Shown here: in pieces, positions 1 to 7,029 of the stretch
How positions within the stretch are numbered: the first letter of the stretch is position 1
Layout: every line of letters begins with the position of its first letter
Virus record (IMG/VR): IMGVR_UViG_2534681836_000028
Span: 1-19,941 of that record
From: a virus
Taxonomy: Duplodnaviria; Heunggongvirae; Uroviricota; Caudoviricetes
Reading direction: 5' to 3' (one strand)
DNA: 19,941 nt
The notes under the pieces: model-generated
The model's database searches: none
Told to the model about the DNA's origin: nothing
Seen by the model: the letters and a program-made list of their open reading frames with translations, nothing else
Program-made: the position numbers and the translations under genes

Positions 1-585
1 ATGAATAAGTTACCGGAAAATTCAGACCAGACGAAAAACGTCAAAAAATCACCATCCATAACCCGCATAGCCACCCGGGGAATTATTAACATTTTTGTTC
101 CTCTGATGGAGACTCGCCTGATAACGAATTCTGTACAGCATATGCTGGAACAACAAAAACGCAGGCTGGACAGATTTCGTCAGGTAAATAATAAAAAGGC
201 GCAACTCCACCTCACGTGGGAAGAAGCTCTGCAGGCCAGCCATATGTCAGTAGACGATCTGGATCGTCGTTTCCGCCGGCGCAGAACAGTATGGCGATTC
301 TGTTGCTGGAGTCTGCTGGCCATCGCTTTGTTTCTCAGTGGTATGCTCTTTGCCGCCTCTTCATTACCTCTTACGACTCTGGTACGCGCCATCAGCACTC
401 TTGTGTTGATACTGTCAGGCGTCGCTCTTTGTGCTTCCAGATCACTGATTGTTACATACCGCCTCTGGCAGTTGCATGAACGAAAAGTCAGCGAACCCGA
501 GCAGGGGACTTTCCGTGATTTTCTGAACGACCGCAATGGCTGGCGCAATGCCACATTAATTGCCGTAACCAGTAAACAATACTGA
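1..585 (+). CDS. TraX-like conjugative-transfer inner-membrane protein (IncI-complex type), 194 aa
   Basis: ATG at nt 1, ORF to 585; basic N-terminus then two hydrophobic helices (WSLLAIALFLSGMLFAASSL, VRAISTLVLILSGVALCA); sits directly upstream of a DotA/TraY-like gene. Assignment rests on remembered IncI gene order traX-traY-excA, not on a search. Confidence 0.35.
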   Translation: MNKLPENSDQTKNVKKSPSITRIATRGIINIFVPLMETRLITNSVQHMLEQQKRRLDRFRQVNNKKAQLHLTWEEALQASHMSVDDLDRRFRRRRTVWRFCCWSLLAIALFLSGMLFAASSLPLTTLVRAISTLVLILSGVALCASRSLIVTYRLWQLHERKVSEPEQGTFRDFLNDRNGWRNATLIAVTSKQY

Positions 586-612
586 TCACGTCCAGATGCC
601 AGTACCACTGGC

Positions 613-2850
613 ATGTCGCCATCCCCCTTAATTAAATCCTGTGTGGCCTTTGCCCATACGCAATTCTATTCCGGAGTTACTGTGAAAATTTTACTTCGCG
701 CACTCTGTGCAGGCCTTGCTATATCCTCACTGCCGGCAATGGCTTCAGTGACCTATCAGGATATTGTGTCTGCCGCAACCAATCCTGACGATCTGTCTCG
801 CCAGGCGCTGGTCACGATATTCGGTGATGTAGTCACCAATCCACTGTCAACCAGCGCCCCCTCTCTGATCGGAAGCATGTTCGGGGCGTTCAACAGTATC
901 ATCGCCGTACTTGCCGTTGTCTGGTTTATGTTCATTGGTATCCGTCATGTTGTGCGTTCGGGGCATCAGGGACAGGTATTCAGCACCGGACGCGATATCG
1001 TCGGCACACTGAGTGTCGTTGCAGGTTTTCTGATGATCGTTCCAACCGGAAATGGCTGGAGTATCGCTCAGCTCATTATGTTATGGGGCGCATCGATAAT
1101 GGGGGTTGGGTCCGCCAATGTGATGGTGCAACTTGCCGCTGATAATATCGCAAATGGTTATTCAATGACTGTACAGCCAGTTCAGGCATCCACACGAACA
1201 GCAGCGCGTGGCATTTTTGAAATGGAACTGTGTAAGTATGCGGTTAACGCAGGACTAAATGATTTTAATCAGACGGCCAAATCCTCGACTTCACTAATGA
1301 CAGAATCAGCTAAAACCGCCAGTGGTAATTACACTGTCACGGTATCCAATGGCAGCGGTATCTGTGGTTCAGCCAGCCTGTCAGTAGAAGGAAACGGAAC
1401 AACAGATCAATCGACGATTGGAAAATTCTTTAATCCCTTCAGTAAAAACGAATACAGCGGTGTTATCTCAGCACAACGTGCAGCCATGGATAATATGATT
1501 AGCGACATGGACAACGCTGCCAGTGAGTTTGTGACAACATTTCTGGAAAAAAGAAATTCTGGCAACGGAACATTGCCGGATATCGAGACACGGATTCAGA
1601 GAGCAGCCGACGAGTATGAACGTGCTGTACAAAAATCGCTACCTATTGATAACGGAGAACAATCCAGGAAAGAAGCTCTCAAGTCTTATCTCACAACCTA
1701 TGGATGGGTGACGCTTGGCGCGTGGTATCAGACCTTTGCCACTGCTAACCAACGTCTGGCAGAGCTGGCAGACCGAGCTCCAGCTGTAACTTCAATGTCA
1801 TCACTTGGGGAAGTTGGCGATACTGATTTATTTAGTGCTGTTATGGGGGCATACAAGACTCAATTGCAGAATTCAACTTATACCCCACCTTTAGGTACTA
1901 TAACTTCAGCAGACGAACAACTACTTTCAAAAACAAGCACGCCACAAGATGCTTTAATCAAGCCCACAGAGAAGTTTGGGCAATGGCTTACGAACAATAT
2001 TGCCACCGAGTGGACTGATTCGGGAACAAGTAGCAATCAAGTTAATCCACTGATAAAAATGAAAAATATTGGTGATAAAACTATGGTCGCTGCAGAGGGT
2101 ATTTGGATTACTTATACATCTGCTAGAGTTATTACTTCAGGAACTGGGAGTTCTATATTTGGTAAATTCATAGATTTGACGACAAGTGCTATTTCAACAC
2201 TAAATGCCTTACTTGAGGCCTTAGCGCCCCCCGTATACTTTCTGTTACTACTGCTGTTTTGTGCAGGATTCTCTTTATCTATTTATTTACCATTTATTCC
2301 GTTTATTTTCTGGATGACTGGGATTGGTAACTGGGTCATTAGTGTATTAATCGGATGTACAGCTGGACCTCTGTGGGGGGCAACTCATCTAGGCACATCA
2401 CAGGAGAGAGGGAGTCGTGCTGCCTACGGTTATATATATTTAATAGACAGCATGATAAGACCACCTATCATGGTTTTCGGATTCTTTTTTGCCTCTGTAG
2501 CCATTATAGCAATAGGTACTATATTAAACTTTTTATTCGGTGCTGCACTGACCAATGTACAAATAAGTTCATTTACAGGTATATTTAGCCTCGCAGGTTT
2601 CTTACTTCTTTATGCTAGAAGTTGCACAACCATTGTAGCCGCAGCATTTGCCTTACAAGCATACCTCCCAGACCATGTAATTAATTTCCTAGGAGGACGT
2701 GATGGTGTAAACACGCTTGGCAATATGGCTGGTTCAATAAAAGAGATTTTTGCTGGCAGCAATAGAAACATAAGACACGCACCTAATATAAGAGAGGAGC
2801 AAATTAAGAGGATGAATAACGACAACAATAAGGATGGAATAAAGGGATAA
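613..2850 (+). CDS. DotA/TraY-like polytopic membrane protein (IncI-type type IV secretion component; exclusion target)
   Basis: ORF 613-2850 (745 aa from ATG). A GTG at 682 preceded by GGAG (673-676, 5-nt spacer) is the more likely start and yields a signal peptide KILLRALCAGLAISSLPAMA. Large soluble N-terminal part, then at least 6 hydrophobic helices in the C-terminal third. Architecture matches DotA/TraY; family assignment is from memory. Confidence 0.5.
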   Translation: MSPSPLIKSCVAFAHTQFYSGVTVKILLRALCAGLAISSLPAMASVTYQDIVSAATNPDDLSRQALVTIFGDVVTNPLSTSAPSLIGSMFGAFNSIIAVLAVVWFMFIGIRHVVRSGHQGQVFSTGRDIVGTLSVVAGFLMIVPTGNGWSIAQLIMLWGASIMGVGSANVMVQLAADNIANGYSMTVQPVQASTRTAARGIFEMELCKYAVNAGLNDFNQTAKSSTSLMTESAKTASGNYTVTVSNGSGICGSASLSVEGNGTTDQSTIGKFFNPFSKNEYSGVISAQRAAMDNMISDMDNAASEFVTTFLEKRNSGNGTLPDIETRIQRAADEYERAVQKSLPIDNGEQSRKEALKSYLTTYGWVTLGAWYQTFATANQRLAELADRAPAVTSMSSLGEVGDTDLFSAVMGAYKTQLQNSTYTPPLGTITSADEQLLSKTSTPQDALIKPTEKFGQWLTNNIATEWTDSGTSSNQVNPLIKMKNIGDKTMVAAEGIWITYTSARVITSGTGSSIFGKFIDLTTSAISTLNALLEALAPPVYFLLLLLFCAGFSLSIYLPFIPFIFWMTGIGNWVISVLIGCTAGPLWGATHLGTSQERGSRAAYGYIYLIDSMIRPPIMVFGFFFASVAIIAIGTILNFLFGAALTNVQISSFTGIFSLAGFLLLYARSCTTIVAAAFALQAYLPDHVINFLGGRDGVNTLGNMAGSIKEIFAGSNRNIRHAPNIREEQIKRMNNDNNKDGIKG

Positions 2851-2925
2851 CAAATTAATATATGACTTGCCATATACACTTGGAGAGATTAAAATATCAA
2901 AAAGTGTTTATGGAGGTCATATATA

Positions 2926-3540
2926 ATGATTGGAGCATATGCAAACCGTGGCGGCACCCATTCTAAAAAAGAAATATGCGTGATCGCATTCGCACTTTTC
3001 TACATTATTTTCGCCGTCCCATTACTAATCATTTGGAATACACCTACCAGTTGGGGACTAGCAGTAATCCCAACTGGATTCCTACTATACTCCGGATATA
3101 AAAAAGGAAGAAAGAAAAGAGCAATCGTAAATAATATCTTAGAACGGATAAAGACTGAATGTCATGATGCATTCGATCCAGACCCATCTTACGAATACAA
3201 ATCAATATCATCATTATATTTCGGAATTGATATCAGAAAAGGTACTGCGTTATATATTCGGCTTTACCCCAATAAAACATTAGATGTCATTGGCATTGAT
3301 ATTGATAATTTTACACGGACAGTAGTAAGAGAAAACTGTATGGAAATACACACAAAGTATGTCAATATGCCAATGTTAGAATTGTCTATTGGTGTTAACT
3401 CTGCTCGTTCTATTGCAAACACATTGCACGCAATGGCAGAAAGAGGATACGATTATTCTGTCGATTTTCCTCGCCTGATTCAGGCAAAACGTAAAGAGTG
3501 GGAGCAGATTGCAGGCATGCCTGTAGCTGAAGTATTTTAA
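2926..3540 (+). CDS. ExcA-like entry-exclusion inner-membrane protein (candidate), 204 aa
   Basis: ATG 2926 with GGAGGT upstream; N-terminal double hydrophobic hairpin (ICVIAFALFYIIFAVPLLIIW / GLAVIPTGFLLYSGY), basic KKGRKKR anchor, soluble C-terminal domain; lies immediately after the traY-like gene as excA does in I-complex plasmids (gene order from memory). Confidence 0.35.
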   Translation: MIGAYANRGGTHSKKEICVIAFALFYIIFAVPLLIIWNTPTSWGLAVIPTGFLLYSGYKKGRKKRAIVNNILERIKTECHDAFDPDPSYEYKSISSLYFGIDIRKGTALYIRLYPNKTLDVIGIDIDNFTRTVVRENCMEIHTKYVNMPMLELSIGVNSARSIANTLHAMAERGYDYSVDFPRLIQAKRKEWEQIAGMPVAEVF

Positions 3541-3560
3541 GATAAGCAGCCTCCATAACT

Positions 3561-3588
3561 GCCGGTTCAGATGAGCCGGCTTTTGTTT
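3561..3588 (+). terminator. Rho-independent terminator after excA-like gene
   Basis: Stem gccggttc / gagccggc with 4-nt loop, followed by ttttgtttg. Confidence 0.4.
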
Positions 3589-3637
3589 GCAACAACACAT
3601 AGCTTATGCCGTATTAAATAACCCCAAGGACCTATTT

Positions 3638-3847
3638 ATGGAAAAAACAAAACAGGAATGGTTATATCAGTTACGTCGCTGTTCCAGCTTAAAGACACTT
3701 GAGAAAATTATTGCTAAAAACCAGGGCACTTTAGCCTCGGATAAAATAGAAGCATTCAACTCTGCAGTTGATCATCACCTTGCGGAACTGACAATGAACA
3801 AATTGTACGACAAAGTACCGGCTTCTGTCTGGAAGCATGTAAAATAA
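3638..3847 (+). CDS. Hha/YmoA-family nucleoid-associated expression modulator, 70 aa
   Basis: ATG 3638 with AAGGA 7 nt upstream; C-terminal AELTMNKLYDKVPASVWKHV closely matches the Hha signature AELTMNKLYDKIPSSVWKF (recalled); LRRCSSLKTLEKII matches Hha LRRCQTIDTLERVI. Confidence 0.8.
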   Translation: MEKTKQEWLYQLRRCSSLKTLEKIIAKNQGTLASDKIEAFNSAVDHHLAELTMNKLYDKVPASVWKHVK

Positions 3848-3857
3848 CGCCAACAAA

Positions 3858-3889
3858 AAGAGCAGGAAATCCCACACCTGCTCTTATTC
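3858..3889 (+). terminator. Rho-independent terminator after hha-like gene
   Basis: 9-bp stem aagagcagg / cctgctctt, 10-nt loop, then T-rich tail. Confidence 0.35.
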
Positions 3890-4055
3890 ATGAATAAATA
3901 TATCCAATATATTTTAATGCGAAGAAATAATCTCCGTAGAAACCCCTATAAGAAAAATATCATATGGGAGAAAATCGCAATTATCACAGCCAGCGCATTC
4001 ATTATTTTCGCTGTGCTCTGGCATTAATTATTTTCAACACAAAAAGGAAAAAACA

Positions 4056-4232
4056 ATGAATCTGGTAGACGCCTTTGTCAAAAAAGTAATATCCGAGCCA
4101 TATGAAGAATATGGAAAATGGTGGATAGATGTTGAATACATTTCATGGGGTGTTCCCGGGAAAACAAGACTGATGTTTGAGTCAAAGGAGCAGGCACTGG
4201 AAGTTAAAGAAGGGTACAAATTTTTAACGTGA
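4056..4232 (+). CDS. Hypothetical small protein, 58 aa (MNLVDAFVKKVISEPYEEYGKWWIDVEYISWGVPGKTRLMFESKEQALEVKEGYKFLT)
   Basis: ATG 4056 with AAAGGAAA SD; below the 60-aa cutoff of the ORF track; ends at TGA 4230-4232 just before a strong hairpin; convergent with the dinQ-like gene. Confidence 0.4.
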   Translation: MNLVDAFVKKVISEPYEEYGKWWIDVEYISWGVPGKTRLMFESKEQALEVKEGYKFLT

Positions 4233-4247
4233 GATCTCTTTTTGTTA

Positions 4248-4277
4248 AAGGGCAGGAAGCGGTAACTCCCTGCCCTT
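4248..4277. terminator. Hairpin between convergent genes (probable bidirectional terminator)
   Basis: 9-bp stem aagggcagg / cctgccctt with 12-nt loop, lying between the stop of the 58-aa ORF (4232) and the stop of the dinQ-like ORF (4297). Confidence 0.4.
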
Positions 4278-4296
4278 AGTTACGTTTCCGGGCTTA

Positions 4297-4392
4297 TCAG
4301 TCGACAAGTTCCCGGATCAGTTCCAGAACAGCAATCAGCGCGTTTGCAACGGCAACTACTGCCCTGAGAACGATGATTAACAGATTAATCAT
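4297..4392 (-). CDS. DinQ-like type I toxin, 31-aa hydrophobic peptide (MINLLIIVLRAVVAVANALIAVLELIRELVD)
   Basis: C-terminal 31 codons of track ORF 4297-4593; ATG at 4392 preceded by GGAGA with 5-nt spacer; single predicted helix; ALIAVLELIRELV resembles DinQ ALIALLELIRFLL (recalled from memory). An alternative ATG four codons upstream (4404) would give MEKRM... Confidence 0.55.
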   Translation of the reverse strand: MINLLIIVLRAVVAVANALIAVLELIRELVD

Positions 4393-4464
4393 CCGCTTCT
4401 CCATCACTGGAGAAAGAACCCCGTTGTTCGCTCTTACACTGCCTGTCACAACGGTTTCTATAGT

Positions 4465-4500
4465 GTCAGTTATAGACAGTTCTTCTCCGACCAGAGCACC
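4465..4500. repeat. Direct repeat copy 1 (36 nt) in the 5' region of the dinQ-like transcript
   Basis: gtcagttatagacagttcttctccgaccagagcacc; matches 4653-4688 with 2 mismatches. Confidence 0.7.
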
Positions 4501-4639
4501 AAAACCAGCACCACCTGATGTTTTGGCCAGGACTTGCAACCTGTTCTTCCCGCTGAACAATATGTCGGACAGAACATGCCTCAGAGCTGACATGCCGAGT
4601 ATACACTTATCCAGTACTTGCAGAAATATAATTCCAGAC

Positions 4640-4738
4640 GTACTATCTACAAGTCAGTTATAGACAGTTCTTTTCCGACCAGAGCCACCCACTCTGTAAC
4701 GGAACAGTAAAAAACCGACCTCACCAGTCGGTTTTTTT
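4640..4738 (+). ncRNA. Putative AgrB-like trans-antisense sRNA for the dinQ-like toxin
   Basis: Perfect -10 TATAAT at 4627-4632; repeat copy 2 inside; rho-independent terminator (stem aaccgac / gtcggtt, T7 run) at 4713-4738. The RNA would be complementary over about 36 nt to the toxin mRNA leader. Ends are inferred, not mapped. Confidence 0.35.
4653..4690. repeat. Direct repeat copy 2 (within the putative antisense sRNA gene)
   Basis: gtcagttatagacagttcttttccgaccagagccaccc; about 188 bp from copy 1, same orientation. Confidence 0.7.
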
Positions 4739-4891
4739 ACATCTGTTGTTTCTCAAAATCCGCCCGACATGCCCGTCACACCGGGGAAACTCATGCTTTG
4801 AATCAGAACCAACCATCTCAACTTTGCCGTCTCCTGAAAAAACTGGCACATTCAGTTCGATAACTACCCATAAATACAGAGAGAAAATCCG

Positions 4892-5143
4892 ATGTCAGAA
4901 AAGTGGAGTAAAGAATTCGACTCTTGCTTTCAGGTGGGGAGCATAGAAGAAATTGCCGATGCTCTCGAGAAACGCAGCGGAAGCGAGGAAAATGCGTTAG
5001 CCATGCTGGCAATGACAGCCTTCACACTCATGACCCGACGTGGTATCTGCGAAATGCAGAACGTGGCCCCGGATGGCAAAGGCATTCGGCTGGAGCTAAT
5101 CGGCTTCAGGGGAAATGAAACAATACCGGATACGCTTCATTGA
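4892..5143 (+). CDS. rem: Rem-like small prophage protein, 83 aa
   Basis: ORF 4892-5143; size and position (next to hok-relE-relB-ydfV-flxA) match rem of the K-12 Qin prophage; named from gene order and length memory. Confidence 0.5.
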   Translation: MSEKWSKEFDSCFQVGSIEEIADALEKRSGSEENALAMLAMTAFTLMTRRGICEMQNVAPDGKGIRLELIGFRGNETIPDTLH

Positions 5144-5182
5144 AGAAGAAAGGGCGCAATGAGGTCAGCCTTCGCAACAAAG

Positions 5183-5205
5183 CGGCGGCAGAAAACCTGC
5201 CGCCG
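5183..5205. terminator. Bidirectional hairpin terminator between rem and hok
   Basis: 9-bp GC-rich stem cggcggcag / ctgccgccg, 5-nt loop; T-rich on the minus-strand side after hok. Confidence 0.4.
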
Positions 5206-5214
5206 TGTTGCCCG

Positions 5215-5370
5215 TTAACGTTTAACTTCGTAGGCTAACGTTGCCACAAGCACTGTGTTTCCCTGCTGGAGCCGGAATCCGCAAAGCGAATCCCTCACCA
5301 TCCAGACAAAACACAGAATCGTCACACAGACGACGATTAACATCATTAAAAACGTTCGCTGTGGCATCAT
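5215..5370 (-). CDS. Hok-family type I toxin (hokD/relF position), 51 aa
   Basis: Minus-strand translation MMPQRTFLMMLIVVCVTILCFVWMVRDSLCGFRLQQGNTVLVATLAYEVKR: single TM helix then conserved Cys-containing periplasmic tail typical of Hok; not in ORF track (under 60 aa); lies directly downstream of relE as hokD does in K-12. Confidence 0.7.
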   Translation of the reverse strand: MMPQRTFLMMLIVVCVTILCFVWMVRDSLCGFRLQQGNTVLVATLAYEVKR

Positions 5371-5438
5371 AGCCCCTCCATGTCAACGCAAAGCAGAAGT
5401 GTCACCTTCGGTGCGAAACAGAGATGTCATGCTTTGGT

Positions 5439-5726
5439 TCAGAGAATGCGTTTGACCGCCTCGCTATATACTTCCGAGCGTTCTCTTTTCCCAACAGAAA
5501 TCACGAAAACGACAACTTTCTCGTCTATAACCTGGTATACAAGGCGATAGCCCGAAGACCGGAGCTTAATCTTGTAACAATCAGGCATACCACGGAGCTT
5601 GTTTGCTTCAATCCGGGGTGACTCAAGTACTTCAACCAGCTTCTTTTTCAACTGTTCACGTACCGTCGAGCCCAGCTTTCGCCATTCCTTTAGTGCCCGC
5701 TCGTCAAAATCCAGAAAATACGCCAT
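5439..5726 (-). CDS. relE: RelE mRNA-interferase toxin, 95 aa
   Basis: ORF 5439-5726; RelE/ParE-family sequence; start overlaps relB stop (ATGA at 5726). Confidence 0.9.
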   Translation of the reverse strand: MAYFLDFDERALKEWRKLGSTVREQLKKKLVEVLESPRIEANKLRGMPDCYKIKLRSSGYRLVYQVIDEKVVVFVISVGKRERSEVYSEAVKRIL

Positions 5727-5965
5727 CAGAGTTCATCCAGCGTCACACGTACTGGCTTAGGATTACGAAGCCGTTCTTTCACTATCTCCACAAGTTCAGC
5801 ATCTTCATCACTCAGGAGTGTCTGTTTGAACGGCAAGCGTTCATTGTCAGCGATATACTCGAGCATGAGACGAAGCGCTTCAGAAGGAGTTACACCCATT
5901 TTTTCAAGCGCGGCGTAAGAACGCGCTTTAAGTTCATCGTCAATACGCAGGTTAATGCTACCCAT
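5726..5965 (-). CDS. relB: RelB antitoxin, 79 aa
   Basis: ORF 5726-5965; ribbon-helix-helix N-terminus MGSINLRIDDELK; upstream operator palindrome matches K-12 relO. Confidence 0.9.
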   Translation of the reverse strand: MGSINLRIDDELKARSYAALEKMGVTPSEALRLMLEYIADNERLPFKQTLLSDEDAELVEIVKERLRNPKPVRVTLDEL

Positions 5966-5976
5966 GTCTTACACCT

Positions 5977-6002
5977 CTTGTAATTACAAATGTCATTACA
6001 AG
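5977..6002 (-). promoter_or_regulatory. relO operator / relBE promoter region
   Basis: cttgtaattacaaatgtcattacaag: 12-bp perfect palindrome ttgtaattacaa plus a second attacaag half-site, immediately upstream of relB (minus strand). Confidence 0.6.
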
Positions 6003-6295
6003 TATCGCACTACAACATGCTTAGGGCAAGTCACGAAGGGAGTCAGAAAGTAGTCGTAAGAACGGTGATCACTGTCCGCTTTGTGCCAGGAGCAGCCACT
6101 GCTAAGTCCATCCTGTATTGTGCAGGTCAGCTCGTTTTTAAAGAGTCCGGCCATCATCTTACTGGTACAGACACCATATACTTTGTGACGGTCAGGCTAC
6201 ATATGCACAACTCAACTTATTCATCTATTTTTTGCTTTAGCATGTCAGTGTTGCTTTCTCGTCGGCGGGTGAGCGGTGACCTGACCTGTCGATAA
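5990..6295 (+). CDS. YdfV-like hypothetical protein, 101 aa (doubtful)
   Basis: ORF 5990-6295 divergent from relB; K-12 Qin annotates a ydfV of the same size and position; start overlaps relO and no clear SD is seen, so it may not be expressed. Confidence 0.3.
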   Translation: MSLQVSHYNMLRASHEGSQKVVVRTVITVRFVPGAATAKSILYCAGQLVFKESGHHLTGTDTIYFVTVRLHMHNSTYSSIFCFSMSVLLSRRRVSGDLTCR

Positions 6296-6447
6296 AGGAA
6301 CGTAGCACGTTTTATGCAACACCCGCATGCGGCAGAAAATTATTGCCGAACGTTTACCCCTGTCAACAAGCTTTACTTTCTGAGGCGCGCCAGCCCGCGA
6401 GGAAAACAATCTGAACATCAAACAATTAATGACACAAGAAATACGAT

Positions 6448-6474
6448 TAAAGATTTTTTTGTGCATACCGATAG
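6448..6474 (+). promoter_or_regulatory. Sigma-28 (FliA) class 3 flagellar-type promoter upstream of flxA
   Basis: taaagatt-N11-accgatag versus consensus TAAAGTTT-N11-GCCGATAA, about 24 nt upstream of the flxA ATG. Confidence 0.45.
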
Positions 6475-6497
6475 TGCTTTTTTAAAAGGAGAAATCT

Positions 6498-6830
6498 ATG
6501 TCTGTCACAATTCAGGGAAATACCTCAACCGTTATTTCAAACAACTCCGCCCCGGAAGGAACATCAGAAATAGCCAAAATCACAAGACAAATTCAGGTGC
6601 TGACTGAAAAGCTTGGGAAAATCTCATCGGAAGAGGGGATGACGACACAGCAGAAAAAAGAAATAGCTGCATTGGTACAGAAGCAAATTGAAAGCCTCTG
6701 GGCTCAACTGGAGCAGTTGTTAAGGCAGCAGGCAGAGAAAAAGAATGAAGACGCGACAGTTCAGCCTGATAAAAAAGAAGAGAAAAAAGACGATACAAAT
6801 ACCGCTGGCACCATTGATATTTACGTCTAA
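6498..6830 (+). CDS. flxA: FlxA-like protein (FliA-regulated), 110 aa
   Basis: ORF 6498-6830 with AAAGGAGAAATCT SD; MSVTIQGNTSTVISNN... recognised from memory as FlxA; coiled-coil, Lys/Glu-rich C-terminus. Confidence 0.75.
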   Translation: MSVTIQGNTSTVISNNSAPEGTSEIAKITRQIQVLTEKLGKISSEEGMTTQQKKEIAALVQKQIESLWAQLEQLLRQQAEKKNEDATVQPDKKEEKKDDTNTAGTIDIYV

Positions 6831-6844
6831 GTGACAGCCGTATT

Positions 6845-6867
6845 GTGGCCCTCATCGGGCCACTTTT
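6845..6867 (+). terminator. Rho-independent terminator after flxA
   Basis: Stem gtggccc / gggccac, 5-nt loop, then tttt. Confidence 0.45.
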
Positions 6868-7029
6868 CGCCATCAGCCTTTTCTTTAAAGACATATTATC
6901 TTTGTATCATTTCTGATAGTTAACATTACAAGATATAAGTAATGGACGCACTCCCAATTAGTCTATTTAAATCGCCACGAGTTTAACTGACAACCCATGA
7001 TCAATTATAGAATTGCAACTATTTCTGTA

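Noticed and set aside
180-614. 144-aa minus-strand ORF (and 216-479 plus-strand ORF) overlapping the traX-like gene
   Set aside because: Antisense or alternate-frame overlap with a better-supported membrane-protein ORF; Arg/Ser-rich low-complexity translation; no SD.
2355-2879. 77-aa (+) and 89-aa (-) ORFs inside or overlapping the 3' end of the traY-like gene
   Set aside because: Embedded in the AT-rich part of a longer, coherent ORF; typical spurious frames in low-GC DNA.
4297-4593. Full 98-aa minus-strand ORF as the protein product
   Set aside because: Only the C-terminal 31 codons have an SD and toxin-like character; the upstream part coincides with the repeat and leader region expected for a type I toxin mRNA.
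4373-4663. 96-aa plus-strand ORF spanning the region antisense to the dinQ-like gene
   Set aside because: No SD, Pro/Ser-rich translation; the region is better explained as toxin leader plus antisense RNA.
5255-5455. 66-aa plus-strand ORF (GTG start)
   Set aside because: It is the antisense strand of the Hok gene; any function here is more likely a Sok-like antisense RNA than a protein.
5603-5983. 126-aa plus-strand ORF
   Set aside because: Antisense to relE/relB, which are strongly supported.
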